From Candidatus Bathyarchaeia archaeon (lineage in GTDB: Archaea > Thermoproteota > Bathyarchaeia > Bathyarchaeales > Bathycorpusculaceae): a stretch of 64,000 bases of DNA. Each line of letters opens with the position of its first letter. Position 1 is the stretch's first letter. The stretch lies in the NCBI GenBank assembly GCA_050012255.1, contig JBEKHN010000001.1, positions 1 to 64,000 on the forward strand. Reading direction: 5' to 3'. Of the stretch, positions 59,603 to 64,000 are shown in pieces. The notes under the pieces are model-generated. The model made no database searches, was not told where the DNA came from, and saw only the letters and a list, made by a program, of their open reading frames with translations. A program made the position numbers and the translations under genes.

Positions 59603-61231
59603 ATGACACAGTTGCGGCTCAAAGGGAAACTGGCAAAGCTGAAGACAGTGCAGATCAAACTCAACTTTAAAAAGCGCCAGGCGGCAACCCTCCCTCCTCC
59701 AACGCCTAAACCAGTGCCCAGAGGGCACAAGGTCGTGGAAAAATACCCGCTCTACGAACCTTTCGCCCACGTGGCCATCGCACAAAACCCAAAAACCGGG
59801 GAGCACAAGTACATTCTAGACGAGTTGCAGCTCGATCCGCTGGAGAGAAGCGTCTACAACCGCATCCTAGAAATACTCCTCGCAGAGATCGAGTCCCCAA
59901 AAGAAGAAATTCTAGACCCCAGAAGATTCTTTGCAGACGAGGCAAAGAAGATCGTTGACAAATACCGCATAAGCCTCGGCTGGTTGCCCGACGTGTCGTG
60001 GTACAAGATTCTCTACCACGCGGAAAGAGACCTTGTAGGGTTCGGTCAGATCGACCCGTTGATGCGAGACCCGAACATTGAAGATATTTCATGTGACGGT
60101 GTGAACAAATCCGTCTACATTTGGCACCGAACGTATGAGAGCATCGAAACGAACATCGCGTTTCAGACGGACGAAGAACTTGACAACATTGTTGTTAAGC
60201 TCGTGCACATGGCTGGAAAACACGTGAGCTCAGCCTTCCCGATCGTCGATGCCTCGCTGCCTGGTAAGCACAGGCTTTCGGTGTGCTACAGACGCGAAGT
60301 CACGCCTTTCGGCACCGCTTTCACCATAAGGAAGTTCAGAGAAGACCCATATTCAATCATAGACCTCATAAACATAGGCACTTTCTCGGAGGAGATGGCC
60401 GCCTACCTCTGGCAATGCCTTGAACACAGAGCCTCCATCATGGTTCTAGGTGGAACAGCAGCAGGAAAAACAACAGCTCTAAACGCTCTGGCCTGCCTGA
60501 TCAAGCCTGGAAGCAAAGTCATAACAATAGAAGAAACAGCTGAGCTTAATCTGCCTCACGAAAACTGGGTTTCACTAATCGCCAGACAAAGCTATGGCCT
60601 GGGCGGAGACAGCACGGGAGAAGTTGCACTTTTCGACTTGGTGAAAACTTCGATGAGGCACCGTCCAGACATACTCATAGTGGGAGAGGTGAGAGGACAA
60701 GAAGCTTACGTGCTCTTCCAAGCCTTGGCCACGGGCCACGGTGGAATGTGCACCATGCACGCTGAAAACCTGGATTCAGCGATTAAACGACTGACTTCTA
60801 AACCCATGGACATCTCTCCAGCATACATTCCGTTGATGAACATAGTGCTGTCGGTTCAAAGAGTCCACCTGATCAAGAACACCGAGCGAAAAGCGTACAG
60901 GCGTATACTGAACGTCAACGAGATCGCGGACTACGAGGACTACAGGACAGTGTTCAAATGGTACCCGAACAAGGACGAACACATACAAGCATTTGACAAG
61001 AGCGTGATGCTTGCAGGGATCTCCGAGCGAATGGGCATGAGCAAGAAAGACCTCATCGCAGAAATTGAGAAACGCAGAGTCGTACTCCACTGGATGCGAG
61101 AACACGACATCAGAAGCTACAAGGACGTGGCCGCAATAATAGCAGAGTATTCTGCCAAGCCAAAGCAGATCTATGAGAAGGTTCTCGCAGGGGAGGAGGT
61201 TAAGGCAGTTGCCGTTTCTAGATACCCTTGA
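59603..61231 (+). CDS. Type IV pilus assembly ATPase (VirB11/TadA/ArlI family)
   Basis: DPNIEDISC, TIRKF, GGTAAGKTT, RHRPD...GEVRG and TGHG..TMHA motifs. Confidence 0.95.
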   Translation: MTQLRLKGKLAKLKTVQIKLNFKKRQAATLPPPTPKPVPRGHKVVEKYPLYEPFAHVAIAQNPKTGEHKYILDELQLDPLERSVYNRILEILLAEIESPKEEILDPRRFFADEAKKIVDKYRISLGWLPDVSWYKILYHAERDLVGFGQIDPLMRDPNIEDISCDGVNKSVYIWHRTYESIETNIAFQTDEELDNIVVKLVHMAGKHVSSAFPIVDASLPGKHRLSVCYRREVTPFGTAFTIRKFREDPYSIIDLINIGTFSEEMAAYLWQCLEHRASIMVLGGTAAGKTTALNALACLIKPGSKVITIEETAELNLPHENWVSLIARQSYGLGGDSTGEVALFDLVKTSMRHRPDILIVGEVRGQEAYVLFQALATGHGGMCTMHAENLDSAIKRLTSKPMDISPAYIPLMNIVLSVQRVHLIKNTERKAYRRILNVNEIADYEDYRTVFKWYPNKDEHIQAFDKSVMLAGISERMGMSKKDLIAEIEKRRVVLHWMREHDIRSYKDVAAIIAEYSAKPKQIYEKVLAGEEVKAVAVSRYP

Positions 61232-62888
61232 GGCGTGGTCTTTCCGCATCTTTGGAAGAACGGCGCCCTCTTTTCTGAAACATGTCGTAGAGTTTAAAGA
61301 CTACTTGGAAAAAGCAAGGATCAAGATTTACCCTGAAACCTACGTGTCGTTAATGTTTTTTATGGCCGTCTTAACGATTCCAGTATCGGCAGTCAGCACA
61401 GTTATCATGCTTCTCTACGGCTTCATCCCAGTCATTTTCCTGATTCCTCTTCCGCTCTTCGTAATGATCGGGTTTTTCCTAGTTCCAATGTCCAGGGCCG
61501 GTGAGAGAGCAGCCAACTTGGAAAGAGAGATGCCGTTCGCTTCATCTTACATCAGCGTAATGGCCTCTGGAGGCATAGCACCGTACAGCAGCTTCAAAAG
61601 ACTTTCCGAAGTCGAGCTGCTGCCAGGAATGAAGAGCGAGGCAAGAGAAATCATAAAAGACGTTGAGATCTTCGGCATAGACCCGCTTACTGCAATTGAA
61701 AACGCTGCAAAGAAAAACCCCCTCGACATTTTCAAAGATTTCTTGTCGGGGTACGCGTCGACGGTAATCATCGGCGGCGACATCGGACACTTCCTTGAAA
61801 GAAAAGCCGAAGACATCTTCAAAGCAAGAGCACTGCGTGTCAGAGCCGCCGCTGAAAGACTTGGAATGCTCCTAGAGACTTTCATAATTGTGAACGTCAT
61901 GATGTCCCTCTGCTTCTACATCATGTTCAGCGTTGAAAACATCGGCGGCGGCGTAGGCGGCGGAGGGTCCACTTCAATGATAATCCTCTACACATACGTG
62001 CTCAGTCCTATGCTTTCAATGATGTTCATCTACTTGGCACACAGCATGCAACCCAAGACTCCTGTCACCGAGATGCGTCCCTACAAGGTGTTTGGACTCT
62101 GCGGCATCATAGGCGCAGTGCTGTTCCTGTTGCTCTACGTTTTCAAAATCTTTGGCTCACTAGTCGACCTGCCCGTGGCCACCGCCGTATCGTTGTTTGT
62201 TGCCACGGCGCCCGCCGCGATACTGCACAGCAAACTCTCAACCCATAAGACGCAGACTGAACAGGGCATAAACAGTTTTCTTAGAGACTTGACAGAAGTC
62301 AGAAAAACTGGCCTGTCGCCAGAAAAATGCATTGAAAGTCTTTCACGTCGCGACTACGGTGTATTCAGCAAAGAACTACGCAAGATAAGCTCAGAAATCT
62401 CCTGGGGAATTCCTGTCCGAAAAGTGATAATGGATTTTATCAAGAGAACTCGAAGCTGGATGTCTCAGATTGTCATGTTCTTGCTCGTTGAAACTGTCGA
62501 TGTGGGCGGCGGCACAATCGCAATGATAGAATCGCTTGCTCGCTTTAACAACTTAACGCAAGAAGTTGAAAAACAAAAGAAGTCGGAAACCCGTCCGTAC
62601 ATAATGATGCCCTATTTCTGCGCTCTTCTTCTTGTGATAACAACAACCATGATGTTAAGCTTCACTTCAGGTACTTTTGGGATATCCGGAGGAACGCCGC
62701 CGCAAGACATGGGCTGGATAGTAGCCATATTCAACACATCATGCATTTTCTCCAGTTATCTGATAGGTATAGTAGCAGGTAAGATAAGCGAGGAATCAAT
62801 TGCGGCAGGCTTCAAGCATGCAGCAATTCTTGTGGTAATATCGGTGTTGGCTGCGAAACTAATGCCGATATTCGTGAAATTTGCGTAG
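61209..62888 (+). CDS. Type IV pilus membrane platform protein (TadC/ArlJ, two T2SSF domains)
   Basis: Duplicated T2SSF pattern; TTG start at 61209 preceded by a GGAGGAGGT Shine-Dalgarno. Confidence 0.9.
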   Translation: MPFLDTLEAWSFRIFGRTAPSFLKHVVEFKDYLEKARIKIYPETYVSLMFFMAVLTIPVSAVSTVIMLLYGFIPVIFLIPLPLFVMIGFFLVPMSRAGERAANLEREMPFASSYISVMASGGIAPYSSFKRLSEVELLPGMKSEAREIIKDVEIFGIDPLTAIENAAKKNPLDIFKDFLSGYASTVIIGGDIGHFLERKAEDIFKARALRVRAAAERLGMLLETFIIVNVMMSLCFYIMFSVENIGGGVGGGGSTSMIILYTYVLSPMLSMMFIYLAHSMQPKTPVTEMRPYKVFGLCGIIGAVLFLLLYVFKIFGSLVDLPVATAVSLFVATAPAAILHSKLSTHKTQTEQGINSFLRDLTEVRKTGLSPEKCIESLSRRDYGVFSKELRKISSEISWGIPVRKVIMDFIKRTRSWMSQIVMFLLVETVDVGGGTIAMIESLARFNNLTQEVEKQKKSETRPYIMMPYFCALLLVITTTMMLSFTSGTFGISGGTPPQDMGWIVAIFNTSCIFSSYLIGIVAGKISEESIAAGFKHAAILVVISVLAAKLMPIFVKFA

Positions 62889-62919
62889 GAAAAAGGATCA
62901 AGGAAGAACGAAGATTAAC

Positions 62920-63765
62920 ATGCTACATCGGCTCAGAAACGATAAAAAGGCGGTTAGCCCAGCCATTTCCACCGCAATAATCACGAGCGCCATAGTGGTG
63001 ATGCTCCTAGTTACTGTCGTCTTCGCAAACAACTACTTGAACGCACGAATGGCAGAAAACGAGTTCAGCGCAATGAAACAGTTCATGCAGACAGTCGGTC
63101 TCCAAATAGACGACGTAGCATGGACTATTGGACGCACGCAAACAATGCGTTACGCAAGCAAGTTTGGTCAAATCACCTTTCAATCCGTCGCATTGAACTA
63201 CACTCTTTACGTAAAATACGTAAATAGTACAAATTACACGCGGATCGCCAGCTTCAGCACAGGCGCCCTCTTTTTCAACATGCCCACAAACACTTATAAC
63301 ATTGCCAACAACTACAAGGAACTCATATCTCCCACATCAAATAGTTCCTTTCTCTTACAGGGCACTTCGGCACCAGTAAGTAATGTTTTCGTGATCGAAA
63401 GAGTTCCAATGAATGATGGCAATTACATAAGAGTAGTCGTTGCCCCTTCAATAAGGATGCTGAATTCGACGATAGCAAATACGGGCTACTATAACTGCTT
63501 TTTGCCCATCCTTCAACCGTCAGGAAAAGACCTGCACCTTTCACAATCCGTTACACTTATGGCAACAGCATTCAACGTTAATCAAACACAAAATATCAAC
63601 AAGATCAAGATAACCGTTGACTTTCCACAATCAGCTTTAGGGTTCGACTCAACCTTTTTCAATTTCAACAGTTCATTTAAAGAGGTGCTAGTCCCAGCAG
63701 GCCAGCAGGCTTCATTGGAGTTCTTTACTGGAAATGTGACCGTTTCTCTGGGAGTGTATGCTTAG
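62920..63765 (+). CDS. Type IV pilin-like protein (class III signal peptide)
   Basis: DKKA|VSPAISTAII prepilin cleavage site followed by a hydrophobic helix. Confidence 0.85.
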   Translation: MLHRLRNDKKAVSPAISTAIITSAIVVMLLVTVVFANNYLNARMAENEFSAMKQFMQTVGLQIDDVAWTIGRTQTMRYASKFGQITFQSVALNYTLYVKYVNSTNYTRIASFSTGALFFNMPTNTYNIANNYKELISPTSNSSFLLQGTSAPVSNVFVIERVPMNDGNYIRVVVAPSIRMLNSTIANTGYYNCFLPILQPSGKDLHLSQSVTLMATAFNVNQTQNINKIKITVDFPQSALGFDSTFFNFNSSFKEVLVPAGQQASLEFFTGNVTVSLGVYA

Positions 63766-63784
63766 CCACTTTTGAGGAATATGA

Positions 63785-64000
63785 ATGCCACACGTGACAA
63801 TCGAGTACGTGATTCTGATGCCGGTGTTGATACTTCAGATCTTTCTTTTTCCCATTTTTGCAAATTGGCTCATGAACACGTGGGTAGATTCGCGAAGAAC
63901 ACTTGCTCTCCAAGATGTTGCAGGTCACTTGGGAAGCGCGGTGCAGCAACTGTATTTCTCCCTGAATCACGACACGATACCTACAGGAACAGTAACCTAT
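63785..64000 (+). CDS. Pilin-like protein, 3'-truncated by window edge
   Basis: Own translation MPHVTIEYVILMPVLILQIFLFP..., open to the window end; in the pilus operon. Confidence 0.65.
   Translation, partial: MPHVTIEYVILMPVLILQIFLFPIFANWLMNTWVDSRRTLALQDVAGHLGSAVQQLYFSLNHDTIPTGTVTY

Noticed and set aside
59603-63765. Archaellum operon
   Set aside because: No arlH or archaellin-like genes are visible. The layout fits an adhesive type IV pilus.

Overview
This is an archaeal chromosome segment, most likely Bathyarchaeia (TACK). The assignment is inferred from a Cren7-like protein, a short eL13, eL15 with the RNase P/exosome gene cluster, intron-containing tRNAs and frequent TTG/GTG starts. Core content includes purine genes (purP-like, purC, purE), hypA plus an Mrp-type ATPase, an ABC exporter, XPB-Bax1, an Hsp20 with its regulator, three tRNAs, rnp2/rnp3/rpl13e/rpl15e and a geranylgeranyl reductase. 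It also holds a glycosylation cluster next to a probable S-layer gene, cofE and a type IV pilus locus. The most striking structure is a ~12.6 kb integrase-free, integron-like cassette array anchored at the 3' end of tRNA-Phe (22935-35638). Three copies of a 38-bp site (the 11-bp tRNA 3' core plus a conserved quasi-palindromic arm) and one outer tRNA fragment separate four unrelated cargo modules: VapBC, an AbiE-like pair, dockerin/cohesin surface proteins, and queC/queT/pdxST. Other leads are a preQ-riboswitch-like leader upstream of queT-queC, an eL15 ribosomal leader, two clear operator arrays, a frameshifted signal peptide and non-canonical ACG/CTG starts. All calls come from reading the sequence by eye; no searches were run.
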